From assembly GCF_036365525.1 (NCBI RefSeq), contig NC_090410.1, positions 6,895,873-6,959,872 of the forward strand: a stretch of 64,000 bases of DNA, in the 5' to 3' direction. Under the pieces are notes generated by a model. The model saw only the letters and a list, made by a program, of their open reading frames with translations. It made no database searches and was not told where the DNA came from. This DNA is from Heterodontus francisci (Eukaryota). The position numbers were made by a program, and so were the translations under genes. Shown here one piece after another: positions 1 to 11,085 of the stretch (its first letter is position 1; each line of letters opens with the position of its first letter).

Positions 1-42
1 TGGGGCCTGAACCACTGGAGATGGTGCTGCAGGCACCAGACG
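1..42 (-). CDS. KPTN: Probable KPTN coding exon 9 (partial, runs off the window)
   Basis: Acceptor ttgttcacttttag at 56-43 (minus). Phase-1 continuation is open ((A)SGACSTISSGSGP...), but no recognisable conserved residues lie inside the window. Confidence 0.45.
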
Positions 43-868
43 CTAAAAGTGAACAAATGCAACAAAAAAAAACACTTGAATTTCTATAGCGCCTTTCACA
101 ACCTCAAGATGTCCGAAACTGCTTTTCAGCCAATGGAGCACTTTTGAAGTGTAGTTGTCTTTGTAATGCACGAAACCCAGCAGCCCCAATTTGTGCACAG
201 CAAGCTCCCACAAACATCAATGTGATAATGATCAGATAACTGTTTTAGGGAGGCTGGTTCAAGGATAATTACTGGCCAGATCATCGGGGAAAACTCTCCT
301 GCTCTTCCACAGAACAGTGGCCATGGGGTCTTTCCTGTCCACCCAGAGAGGCAGACTGGGACCTCATTTAATGTCACATCTAAATGACACTTCAAAGAAG
401 CCTTGTCTGCCATTGCCATTCCAATATCCATCTTTCCAAGTATCTGCCAGAATTTCCAAGGGACAAAGCCTTGTGCAAGATGCTACTTCACTCCCCAGGC
501 TGGTACTGTCCTTCTGATATTTACCATTTCCTTGAATTCATTCTATGCTGAGTGAACAGCTGGAATATATGTATAAGACCCAACTTTGGGGTTTTTAAAT
601 CTTCCAACATTAATATCGCGCCTTTAAAAAATGCAAGGTGCTACAATGAAGCAGTCCAATGACACTACCACTATGCCACCGTCTCCCCGCAAGGAGATTT
701 AGACAGGTGATCAAAAGCTTGGTCAAAGAGGTAGGTTTTAAGGAGTGTACTGAAGGAGGCGAGAGGGGTAGAGAGTCAGAGAGATTTCCACTAAGACAAA
801 TAAATGTAGATTAAACATCGCACTTTTGTTGGTCTAAGTACTGAGGTCCATTCTCTTTACTCACTCAC

Positions 869-985
869 CAACACTCGTTGTACAGCTCCCGGGTGAAGAG
901 CACTTCTTGCTGTCAGTGGGTAACCTGAAGAGCAGGACAGTAGAAACTGGCCCATCCTGCTGTATATTCCAACTCTGCAGAACAG
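869..985 (-). CDS. KPTN: KPTN coding exon 8
   Basis: (A)VLQSWNIQQDGPVSTVLLFRL... matches kaptin VLQMWSVLQDGPISRVIVF; cacag acceptor, G|GTGAGT donor, 117 nt, phase 1/1. Confidence 0.88.
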
Positions 986-1214
986 CTGTGCTTAAAATAG
1001 AGACAGTGGGTGAGAAATACACAAAGACAGGGAGAGAGAGAGAGTGAGGGAAAGAAAGACTGAGATGAAAAGATAGATAAATTGGCCAAGATGAGAGAAA
1101 CCAAATAAAGACACACTCAACAACATCTTGCATTTATGTAGCACCTTTAACACAGAAAACGTCCGAAAGCAATTCACAAGTATAATCAGACAGAAATGTA
1201 TAGTCACAGAGTCA

Positions 1215-1553
1215 TAGAGAGATACAGCACAGAAACAGGCCCTTCGGCCCACCAAGTCTGTGCCGACCATCAACCACCCATTTATACTAATCCTACAGTA
1301 ATCCCATATTCCCTACCACATACTCACCTTCCCTCAATTCTCCTACCACCTACCTGTACTAGGGGCAATTTATAATGGCCAATTTACCTATCAACCTGCA
1401 AGTCATTGGCTGTGGGAGGAAACCGGAGCACCCGGCGAAAACCCACGTGGTCACAGGGAGAACTTGCAAACTCCGCACAGGCAGTACCCAGAATTGAACC
1501 CGGGTCGCTGGAGCTGTGAGGCTGCGGTGCTAACCACCGCGCCACTGTGCTGC
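1215..1553 (-). mobile_element. HE1-type V-SINE (tRNA head, CR1-like tail), near full length
   Basis: ggcacagtggcgcggtggttagcaccgcagcctcacagctcc head; gggccgaagggcctgtttctgtgctgtatctc tail. Confidence 0.8.
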
Positions 1554-1773
1554 CCCAAGTATACTGCTTGAATGTTGGCTGTCCAGAAATGGTCACAGTC
1601 ACAACTCTTGTGGAGGGTCTTAAAGCAGGAGCAAGAGACAGAGACGGAGGTTTAGGGAGGAAATTCCAGTGCTCGACACCCAAAGAGTCGAAGGCACGGC
1701 CGACAACGGTGGGGTAAAAGGAGGGACGGGGAGCCCGTTTCTTTGCTACAACTCGCAATGTGGCATTTCTGAC

Positions 1774-1883
1774 CTTTAGAGTTCTGATCCACATGGGAAA
1801 TTCCCACAAATCCATTCTGACAACCGAAAGCGGTCAGGCGTCTGGTGGAGTCCGGGATATTGACCACATCAAGCCAGAGGACA
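1774..1883 (-). CDS. KPTN: KPTN coding exon 7
   Basis: [36 protein letters not shown] matches kaptin; AG/GT flanks, 110 nt. Confidence 0.93.
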
Positions 1884-2204
1884 CTGTAACAATCCGACAC
1901 AGGGCATTAGCATTCATGTCCCAAACACCTTCCCACAAGCACAGCATGAACTGTCTGAGAGAAAAAGTTAGCACCAGATTCCACAACTCAGACACAAGGA
2001 AACACTGAAATGTTACAGAACCCGGAAGATCTGGAGAAGTTTTAGCTGACTGAGTAACAGGAAGGAAAATTCAGATCACATTAATCTGGTCTATGCAGCT
2101 AAAATACTATTGATATTTCTAGTGCCTTTATACATGGTCCATCTGATTTAAATAATTAACTAATATTGCCAGATATATTGTATGGAATATCACTCTCAGA
2201 TATA

Positions 2205-2626
2205 AAGAAAGAACTCATATTTATATATAGCACCTTTCATGACTTCAGGACATCACTTTACAGCCAATGAAGTACTTTTGAAGTGTGGTCACTGTTGGAA
2301 CCTAGGAAATGTGGCAACCAATTTACACACAGCAAGCTCCCACAAACAGCAATGAGATCGCCTGTTTTTGTTCGTGGTGTCGCCTGAAGAATAAATGTTG
2401 GTCCAGGACGCCAGGAGATCTCCCCTGCTCTTCCTCAAACAGTGGCAAGGGATATTTATGCCTGAGATGGGGCCTCGATTTAACATCTCATTCAAAAGGT
2501 GGCACCTCCGACAGTGCAGCACTCCCTCACTGGAGTGTCCACCTGGATCATTTGCTGGAGTGGGGCTTGAACCCTCAATCTTTTGACTCAGAGGTGAGAC
2601 TGCTAACCACTGAGCCAAGGCTGACA
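2205..2626 (-). mobile_element. Deu-domain SINE (SacSINE1/AmnSINE1-like)
   Basis: tRNA head, Deu core gagggagtgctgcactgtcggaggtgcc, and L2-like tail gctatatataaat. Confidence 0.75.
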
Positions 2627-2695
2627 CAGTTAAAATGCTCCCAGATACCGTCTATAATACATAATAGAACACTCTGATGAATGCTAAACTCTTAC

Positions 2696-2769
2696 TGGCT
2701 GGGTAGGTCAGTTAACTCTGGAAATAGGAATTCTGTTGGCCGTTCTTCAAACTGATGCAGTGTTTCGTT
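2696..2769 (-). CDS. KPTN: KPTN coding exon 6
   Basis: NETLHQFEERPTEFLFPELTDLPS; AG/GT flanks, 74 nt. Confidence 0.93.
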
Positions 2770-2860
2770 CTGTGAAAGTGAGAGAGAGAGAGAGAGATAT
2801 ATAGAGTTATTCAGAATTACTGAAGGAGATTCGAAATTGAGAGTGAAGGGAGCTGCTCAC

Positions 2861-2936
2861 CTCTTTGTACAGATGTATCTGGTGGTCATGGCCACTGAGC
2901 AGGAACACAGTCTCAAGTTGCCTCCTCTCCTGAACC
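2861..2936 (-). CDS. KPTN: KPTN coding exon 5
   Basis: VQERRQLETVFLLSGHDHQIHLYKE; AG/GT flanks, 76 nt. Confidence 0.93.
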
Positions 2937-3386
2937 CTTTAACATAGAAAGAGAAAGGTGAAGCCTGTCCCACTTAGAGGTGCAGCAATGAAGACAAAAG
3001 CCTCTTGCTATTCCAGCGATATTACCATCTTAAAATTAGATTTAGATTATTAAGGAGTGACACACAGTGGGTAGTGGAAATTAGGAATTCTTTCCCTCAA
3101 AATGTTGTGGAAGCTGGGGGTCCATTATAGAGCTTTCGAGACTGAGAGCGATAGATTTTTATAGTTGAGGGAGAATTGAGGTAATGCAATAATAATGTTA
3201 CTGGAATAGTAATCCAGAGGCCTGAACTAATCATCCATCTGAATTAATTTTCCCCATTTTCAGGATGTGGGCATCACTGGCAAAGCCAACATTTATTGCC
3301 CATCCCTTGTTGCTCTGAGAAGGTGGTGGTGAGCCTTCTTATTAAACCGCTGAGGCCTGCCTTTTGTAGCAGTTTGATACAACACT

Positions 3387-5612
3387 GGGGGAGGCGGTGG
3401 CATAGGGGTAATGTCACTAGACTAGTAGCCAAGAGCCCCAGGCTAATGTTCTGGGGACATGGGTTTGAAACCCACCGCAGAAGGTGGAATTCGAATTCAA
3501 TTAATAAATCTGGAATTAAAAAGCTAGTCTAATGGTGACTATGAAACCATTGTCAATTGTTGTAAAAACCCATCTGGTTCACTAATGTCCTTTAGAGAAG
3601 GAAATCTGCCGTCCTTACCTGGTCTGGCCTACATGTGACTCCAGACCCACAGCAATGTGGTTGACTCTTAACTGCCCTCTGAAATGGCCTAGCAAGACAC
3701 TCAGTTGTATCAAACCACTGCAATGCCTAAGGGGAGGAATGAAACCAGACGGACCACCCAGCATCGATCTAGGCACCGGAAAAGACAACGGCAAACCTAG
3801 CCCTGTCGACCCTGCAAAGTCCTCCTTCCTAACATCTGGGGGCTTATGCAAAAATTGGGAGAGCTGTCCCACAGACTAGTCAAGCAACAGCCTGACATAG
3901 TCATACTCACAGAATCATAACTTGCAGACAATGTCCCAGACACTGCCATCACCATCCCCGGGTACGTCAGAGGCGGGGGCACAGGGGTATACAGTCAGGA
4001 GGGAGTTGCCCTGGCAGTCTCAACATCGACTCCGGACTTCATGAAGTCTCATGGCATCAGGTCAAACATGGGCAAGGAAACCTCCTGCTGATTACCACCT
4101 TCCACCACCACCACCCCCATCCCCCCCCCATCAGCTGATGAATCTGTGCTCCTCCATGTTGGACACCAATTGGAAAAAGCACTGAGGGTAACAAGGGCAC
4201 AAAATTTACTCTGGATGGGGACCTTCTGGCCAAGTCCCAAAAGGACATAGCTGCTAGACTGGGCAGGTGGTGGGGGAACCAACAAGAGGAAAAAACCTAC
4301 CTGACCTCGTCCTCACCAATCTACCTGTCGCAGATGCATTAGTCCATGACAGTATTGGTAGGAGTGACTGCACAGTCCTTGGAGACTAAATCCCATCTTC
4401 GCACTGAGGGTACCTACCATCTTGTTGTGTGGCACTACCACCGCGCTAACTGGGATAGATTTTGAACAGATCTAGCAACTCAAAACTGGGCATCCATAAG
4501 GTGCTTTGGGTCATCAGCAGCAGAATTGTATTCACCACAATCTGTAACCTCATGGCCCGGGATATCCCCCACTCTACCATTACCATCAAGCTGGGAAATT
4601 GCCCAGGTATGTCCTGTGCACAAAAAGCAGGACAAATCCAACCCAGCCAATTACTGTCCCATCAGTCTACTCCCGATCAGCAGCAAGGTGATGGAAGGTG
4701 TCGTCGACTGTGCTATCAAGCAGCACTTGCTCAGCAATAACCTGCTCACTGGCACTCAGTTTGGGTTTCGTCAGGGCCACTCAGCTCCTGACCTCATTAC
4801 AGCCTTGGACCAAACATGGACAAAAGAGCTGAACTCCAGCGGGAGAGTGACTGCCCTTGATATGAAGGCAGCATTTGACTGAGAATGGCATCAAGGAGCC
4901 CTAGCAAAACTGGAGTAAGGCTGAATCCTCCATTATCAACATCGTGGGGGTCACTATTGACCAGAAACTGAACTGGACTAGCCACATAAATGCTGCGCTT
5001 ACAAGAGCAGGTCAGACAGAGGTTTGGAATTCTGTGGCAAGTAACTCACCTCCTGACTCCCCAGAGTCTGTCCACCATCTACAAGGCACAAGTCAGGAGT
5101 GTGATGGAATACTCTCCACTTGCCTGGATGGGTGCAGCTCCAACAACACTCAAGAAACTCAACACCATCCAGGACAAAGCAGCCCGCTTGATTGGTACCC
5201 CATCCACCACCTTCAACATTCACTCCCTCCACCACCAACGTACACTGGCAGCAGTGTGTACCATATACAAGATGCACTGCAGCAACTCACTACACCTCCT
5301 TCAACAGCACCATCCAAACCCACGACCTCTACCACGTAAAAGGACAAGGGCAGCAAATGCATGGGAACATCACCACCTGCAAGTTCCCCTCCAAGCTACA
5401 CACCATCCTGACTTGGAACTATATCATCATTCCTTCACTGTCGCTGGGTCAAAGTCCTGGAACTCCCTTCCTAACAGCACTGTGGGTGTACTTACACCCA
5501 AAGAACTGCAAGAAGGCAGCTCACCACCACCTTCTCAAGGGCAATTAGGGATGGGCAAAAAATGCTGGCTTAGCCAGTGACGCCCACATCCCCCGAACGA
5601 ATAAAAAAAAAA
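3387..5612 (+). mobile_element. Degenerate, internally deleted LINE (L2/Crack/Daphne-like) with a tRNA-like 5' head
   Basis: APE start NIWGLMQKLGELSHRLVKQQPDIVILTES (~3831); RT motifs NYCPISLL, QFGFRQGHS, ALDMKAAFD; SWNSLP C-terminus; A-rich tail; frameshifts present. Confidence 0.8.
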
Positions 5613-5950
5613 CTGAGTGATTTCTTTTGCCACTTCAGAGGGTTGTTAAAGAGTTAACCACGCTGGTGCGAGACTGAGATATTCTGAGAATGATTTTATT
5701 TTTAAATTAATTTACGAAACGACAGAGCAGGGCAGTAGGTTTAGTTTTGCTACAGCATACCTTACCATTGAAACAAGACTAAGGAGAGCGCGGGGAAAGT
5801 GAGATTATGATTGGATTGGTATAAGGAGAGGGTGGGGCAGTCAGATTAGTTTGGATTTATTTCTTAACCTGAGGGGAAATAAACGGGAGGGGAGAAAGTC
5901 TAGTAAATCAAGTACCGTGAAATGAAAAGACAGGATGGAAAAGCACTTAC

Positions 5951-6005
5951 TCCACATGATAGAGCTGGAATGGAGTGAACTGGAGCTCCAGGTTGAGGCA
6001 GCTTT
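5951..6005 (-). CDS. KPTN: KPTN coding exon 4
   Basis: (Q)SCLNLELQFTPFQLYHV(E); AG/GT flanks, 55 nt. Confidence 0.95.
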
Positions 6006-6429
6006 CTGCAAAAACAGCGAGAACACAGTTCAAAGTCCACCCTCTGTGAAGGAAAGTCATTTCAGTAAACAGTTAACCTGGGACACAGGGTCGAGGGATT
6101 TTATCTCAGGGAGCTGGTGCTTCTGCCTCGACCCTCACCCCTGCCATCTCTTCCCACCACGCCATCACCCCTCCCCCTCCCCCTCCCCACAACCCCCGAG
6201 CCCAACCTATTATCCTGTAGGCATTAACAGTAGCTCAGTGGGGAGCATTCTCATCTCTGACTGAGAATCTAGGCTGATGCAGTATGGAGGGAGTGCTGCA
6301 CTGTCAGAGGTGCCGTCTTTCGGATGAGACGTGAAACCAAGGCCCCGCCGGCCCAGAGGCCTGTTGTAGAAACATTGCCCGTGTTCAACCAACAACCACA
6401 AAATAATTCAGGCGCATCCATTTACTCAC

Positions 6430-6514
6430 GCGCTATGGAGTCCAAATTATACTCTGATCCGGGCTCGTAATCACAATAGATGTTGAGGAATGGACTTGCT
6501 TTATCACCAGAGTC
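6430..6514 (-). CDS. KPTN: KPTN coding exon 3
   Basis: [28 protein letters not shown]; AG/GT flanks, 85 nt. Confidence 0.95.
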
Positions 6515-6778
6515 CTGAGAAGGAGCACACAACATTAGGAGATACCTCAGTGTGGGAACTCGACCAGGATCCCAGCATTTAACTTAATTGGGCGCAGTGA
6601 CTGCACTTCTTCACTGACTGTAAACCACTTTGGGACGTACTAAAACCGCGGAAGGTGCTATACAAATACAAGCTCTTTCTCTCTCTCTCACTTTAAGGAT
6701 CAAGGACATTTTAAGAAAGATTTGCATTTATATAGTGCCTTTTACTTGAACCAGCAATAGAGTTTGCAGTGACCTCAC

Positions 6779-6861
6779 CTTAATAAAGGTTATTCCCACG
6801 ACCAGACCTCCTTTTGGGGCTGACTTGTTGAAAGCATCAATGGATACAATCTCTGCATCAA
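6779..6861 (-). CDS. KPTN: KPTN coding exon 2
   Basis: (V)[27 protein letters not shown]; AG/GT flanks, 83 nt. Confidence 0.95.
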
Positions 6862-7894
6862 CTAAGGAGGGAACAGAAGAGGGAGATTCTGAGAATTTCC
6901 ACAATGCCACACAGTATCAAGCTCTCACCTATTTGCACTCTTCACTGGACCGATGAGCAGGTTTTGCACAGGGTGTATCCTCACTGTGTTTAAATCCAAG
7001 ACTTCCTCACCTCCCCTTTTCAGGATCTCCAGAATCTGCGACTCCCTCAATCTTCCTTACCTCCTGCAAGCGATCTATTTACAACCCGAGCTTGGTCTCA
7101 CCTAACCAGCACTTCCTCGTTTACACTCCTATGCTTTCAGTCTTAATTCCAACCTTCTGCCCCATCACAACCTTTCTCATCTCTCTCTCTCTCCATTGCC
7201 AGAATTGAGAGCACACTGCACTGTTGGTGGCGCAGTCTTTCAGAGGAGATGTTGAACTGAGGCCCCGTCTGCCCTCTCAGGTGAACGTAAAAGATCACAT
7301 TGTGCTTTAACAGAGAGGAACAGGAGAATTCTCCAGGCCAAGATTCACCCCATAAACAGCACCTAAAATAGATGATCTGGTCATTTAACTCATTGCTGTT
7401 AGTCAGAGCTTGCTGTGCACAAATTGGTTGCTGCATTTTCTACATTACAACAGCAATTACACTTCAAAAAATATTTTATTGCCTGTAAAGCTCCTTGGGA
7501 TGTTATGAGGTCGTGAAAGGTGCTATATAAATGCAAGTGTCTCTTTTATTACTATTACTCAGGTGGGCCTAAAAGATCCCTTGACACTATTTAAAGAGCA
7601 TGGGAGCTCTCCTGTGCATAGAAGAGCCCCAAAGCTGATCCAATGTCAGGGTCTGAAAGGCAGTCTTACAAAGGTTTATAAGAGGATTTTTAAAAAATCC
7701 CTGAATGTTACTTAACTTAATTTGCAGGAGCAATAACTAGGAACCACTAGTTCAAACAAGGAAACAATAATTTTAAGACTGACATCAAGGCACTCCTCTT
7801 CTCAGAGAGCGTGGTCAATGTCTGGAATAATTTCTAGATCATATTCCAGGGTGGTGTTGGTGACTGACCAGCCCAGAGTGACTGTTTAATGGAG

Positions 7895-8303
7895 CGGAGA
7901 GACAGTCACTGGGAATCCATTGATGGAACCCGGAGGGGCTGGGAATCCATTGATGGAACCGGGAGCTGCTGGGAAACCATTGACAGGGATGGAAACACAT
8001 TGATAGGCCAGGAGATGCTGGGAATCCAGCGATGGGACTGGGAGAGGCTGGGAATCCATTGGCAGGGCTGGGAACCCATTGACTGGGCTGGGAACCCATT
8101 GACTGGGCCGGGAGATGCTGGGAATCCATTGATGGGACCAGGAGGGGTTGGGAATCCATTAACAGGGCTGGGAATCCATTGATGGTACCAGGAGGGGCTG
8201 GGAATCCATTAACAGGACTGGGAATCCATTGATGGGACCGGGAGAAGCTGGGAATCCAGTGACGGCCCTGCGAGGAGGGACCGGTCAGTAGGGGCTGGGA
8301 ATC
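7895..8303. repeat. Minisatellite (~20/30-bp units, gctgggaatccattgatgggaccgggag) in KPTN intron 1
   Basis: Visible degenerate tandem repeat. Confidence 0.9.
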
Positions 8304-8416
8304 TCATTGGTCAGTTCTAGATGATCCTCCAGGCCACTGGCTGGCCAGACTGGCTGGACCAATGAATGGCAAATGGTAACAGAGCATGAGCTGACATTGG
8401 GGCAGGCCCACATTAC

Positions 8417-8648
8417 CTGGGATGTAGGTGAACTGCACCTCCTTGGCCACTGGCCGGATTTTCTGCCGGAGGTTCTGGTATCTGAAACATATGACCTTCC
8501 CTTTAAGGGTGGCCGTCAGCAAGTCGCAGCCTCCCTCAGGCTTGGGGAAGGCAGTTAGGCCGTAGATGTTGCTCTGGGAGGAGAGGCGGCTGAAACTGTC
8601 CTCCACAAAGGGACAAGAGCCGTACAGACTGCTCGGCGGCCCTTCCAT
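8417..8648 (-). CDS. KPTN: KPTN (kaptin, KICSTOR subunit) first coding exon
   Basis: MEGPP...[20 protein letters not shown]...[35 protein letters not shown] matches the kaptin N-terminus; donor CAG|GTAATG, 232 nt. Confidence 0.95.
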
Positions 8649-8748
8649 AATGGACTAGTTTAAAAAGACAACCTCGACATCCACAACCTATTTATTCTGG
8701 GGTCCTCAACTGCAATTGATAGTCGCTTTAAGATGACGTATTCCTTGT

Positions 8749-9110
8749 TTGCCCCTATCAAATATGGCGCCTCGTTATTGTCTGTGAAGTATGCCCCGAT
8801 CAAATATGGCGACTGTTATTGGCGATGCTGCAACAGTGATTCCTGACAACGCTGGCCAGCGCCGACGTCATCAGCGCATGTGCCAAAACAGCGCCACCTA
8901 CCGATAGCGTTGTCAACAAATGCAGTCATGCTGCAAACCCTATCAAAGATGGCACTGTGTTAGCATTTGAAGCATGCCCCTATCAAAGATGGCGCCTTGT
9001 TATTGTTTGTGAAACACGCCCCGCTGGCATCGTGTTATTGGATGTGATATATGCCCCTATCAAAGATGGCGTTGTTATTGTCTGTGAAACATGCCCCTAT
9101 CAAAGATGAC
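8749..9110. promoter_or_regulatory. CpG-containing region upstream of KPTN with a ~41-bp degenerate tandem array of ATCAAAG / AAGATGGCG motifs
   Basis: About 7 units of atgcccctatcaaa(g/t)atggcg..gttattg..tgtgaa, 100-460 bp upstream of the KPTN ATG. Confidence 0.6.
8833..8927. mobile_element. ~95-bp MITE-like element with subterminal inverted repeats
   Basis: Flanked by direct repeat ATGCTGCA(A) (8825 and 8928); internal inverted repeat TGACAACGCT / AGCGTTGTCA; both ends homologous to the element at 49794-51669. Confidence 0.65.
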
Positions 9111-9175
9111 TGGTTTTTAATCTGCAGATAAAATCCAAATTAGATTCTTACCTAATCTGGGTTCATAGAAGACTC

Positions 9176-9543
9176 TAAATTGGCCATTATAAATTGCCCC
9201 TAGTATAGGTAGGTGGTAGGGAAATATAGGGACAGGTGGGGATGTGGTAGGTTTATGGGATTAGTGTAGGATTAGTATAAATGGGTGGTTGATGGTCGGC
9301 ACAGACTTGGTGGGCCGAAGGGCCTGTTTCAGTGCTGTATCTCTAAACTAAAACTACACTAAACTAATGGAACTCAGCAGTTCTGAACTACAGATATTCC
9401 AAAATCACTACCAGAGCACCCGGAGAAAACCCACGCAGACACAGAGAGAACTTACAAACTCCACACAGGCAGTACCCAGAATTGAATCCAGGTCGCTGGA
9501 GCTGTGAGGCTGCGGTGCTAACCAATGCGCCACTGTGCCGCCC
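9176..9543. mobile_element. HE1-type V-SINE in two oppositely oriented halves
   Basis: 3' half on the plus strand (9176-9365); 5' half on the minus strand (9410-9543). Confidence 0.75.
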
Positions 9544-10030
9544 ATAGTGTTATACATTGGTGTTATGAGTTTATTGTAAAGACTTGCTGTACTAATGGGA
9601 AAAGCAAACCATCCAACCAGCATTTGTCCAGCTAATAGTTTCTAAAGGTAACATGCAGTTACACAATTTTATTTGACCTCATTAACAGCAAGCTGCTAAA
9701 ATGCTGTTTTAAAACCTTTTTATTTTCCTAGACATGCTTGGCAGTTTACAGCATGAAGATTTATTTTCTTCAAAACTGGCTGCAACTATACCTTCTACTA
9801 TTCCTGGGTGTGTTGATTAATTAGTTTTATTTCAACCATCCTGTCTTTGCATTTGTGGAATTTCCATGATTTGGAAACAAAATAGGGAGTGAACTTGTTA
9901 CACTAACAGGAACAGGAGGAGGCCATTCAGCCCCTTGTATCCGCCATTCAGTGAGATCATGGCTGATCTGTAGCCTAACTCCATATACCCGCCTTTGCCC
10001 CATATTCCTTAATGCCATTGGCTAACAATT

Positions 10031-11085
10031 GGGAGATGGTGGTGTAGTGGTAATGTCACTAAACTAGTAATCTAGAGGCCCAGGCTAATGCCTTGGGGAC
10101 AGAGGTTCAAATCCCACCAGCAACTGGTGGAATTTAAATTCAATTAATTAACAAAAAGGCGGAATTGAAACCTAGTGTCACTAATGGTGCCATGAAATTA
10201 TCACCGATTAGCAAACCAGATGTGTTTTATGACAATGCCCTTTAGGGCGGGAAATCTAATCTGTTGCCTTTACCTAGTCTGGCCTACATGTGACTCCAGA
10301 CCCACAGCAATGTGGTTGACTCTGAAATAGCCTAGCAAGCCATTCAGTTGTCGAGGGCAATTAGGGATGGGCAACAAATGCTGGCCGCGGTGGCTGTGGT
10401 GGGGAAGAGACGGTTGCCCACCTCCTCCTGGAATGTGTCTTTGCAAAGCAGGTGTGGAAAGAGATGCAGTGGTTTTTGTCAAGGTTCATCCCAAGCAGCC
10501 CTGTAACACAGGAGTCTGTGCTCTACGGGCTGTTCCCAGGGACGCACACCGAGACAAACATCAACTGCTGCTGGAGGACTACCAATTCGGTGAAAGACGC
10601 CCTTTGGTCTGCCCGAAACTTGCTGGTCTTCCAGCGCAAAGAGTTGTCCACCACCGAATGTTGCAGACTGGCACATTCCAAGGTCCAGGACTACGTGCTG
10701 AGGGACGCACTAAAGCTTGGGGCAGCCGCAGAAAAGGCTCAATGGGGAAAGACCACAGTGTAAGGTCCCCCCACCAAGCTGAACTGAGGGGCTGGATCCA
10801 TGGGAAACCCCTCGAACTGTATCGGGAAAATTTTGTGTGCTGTAAATGTAACAATGTATATGGCATGACAATGAAATGGAAGGGTTGTGAGGCAACTCAA
10901 AATTGTATAGAAGGAAACTGATCACCTTTGCACTGTTTGTATTCTTTGACTTGATGCTGTTTTAAACTGTTTGGGAATGTAATTTTTTACAGATTTTTAA
11001 GAATAAAGTATATTTTGGAAATAAAAAAAAACAAATGCTGGCCTTGCCAGTAATGTCCACATTCCATGACAGAATAAAAAAAAAC
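10031..11085 (+). mobile_element. tRNA-headed SINE (LINE 5' UTR + LINE tail), interrupted by an L1/Tx1 fragment
   Basis: Box A TGGTGTAGTGG and box B GGTTCAAATCC; body matches 3387-3705; tail matches ~5535-5610. Confidence 0.75.
10387..11029 (+). mobile_element. 5'-truncated L1/Tx1-like LINE 3' end
   Basis: ORF ...VLYGLFPG...VKDALWSARNLLVF...AQWGKTTV-stop, 3' UTR, AATAAA and A-tail; TSD AACAAATGCTGGCC (10373-10386 / 11030-11043). Clade assignment is tentative. Confidence 0.72.

Noticed and set aside
8749-9110. Repeat-spacer appearance resembling a CRISPR array
   Set aside because: Vertebrate context, spacers related to one another, and no cas genes; it is a degenerate tandem repeat.
10031-10120. 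tRNA gene candidates (also at 1490-1553, 3387-3480, 47430-47491)
   Set aside because: Box A/B are present but run into SINE bodies; no complete cloverleaf or terminator.
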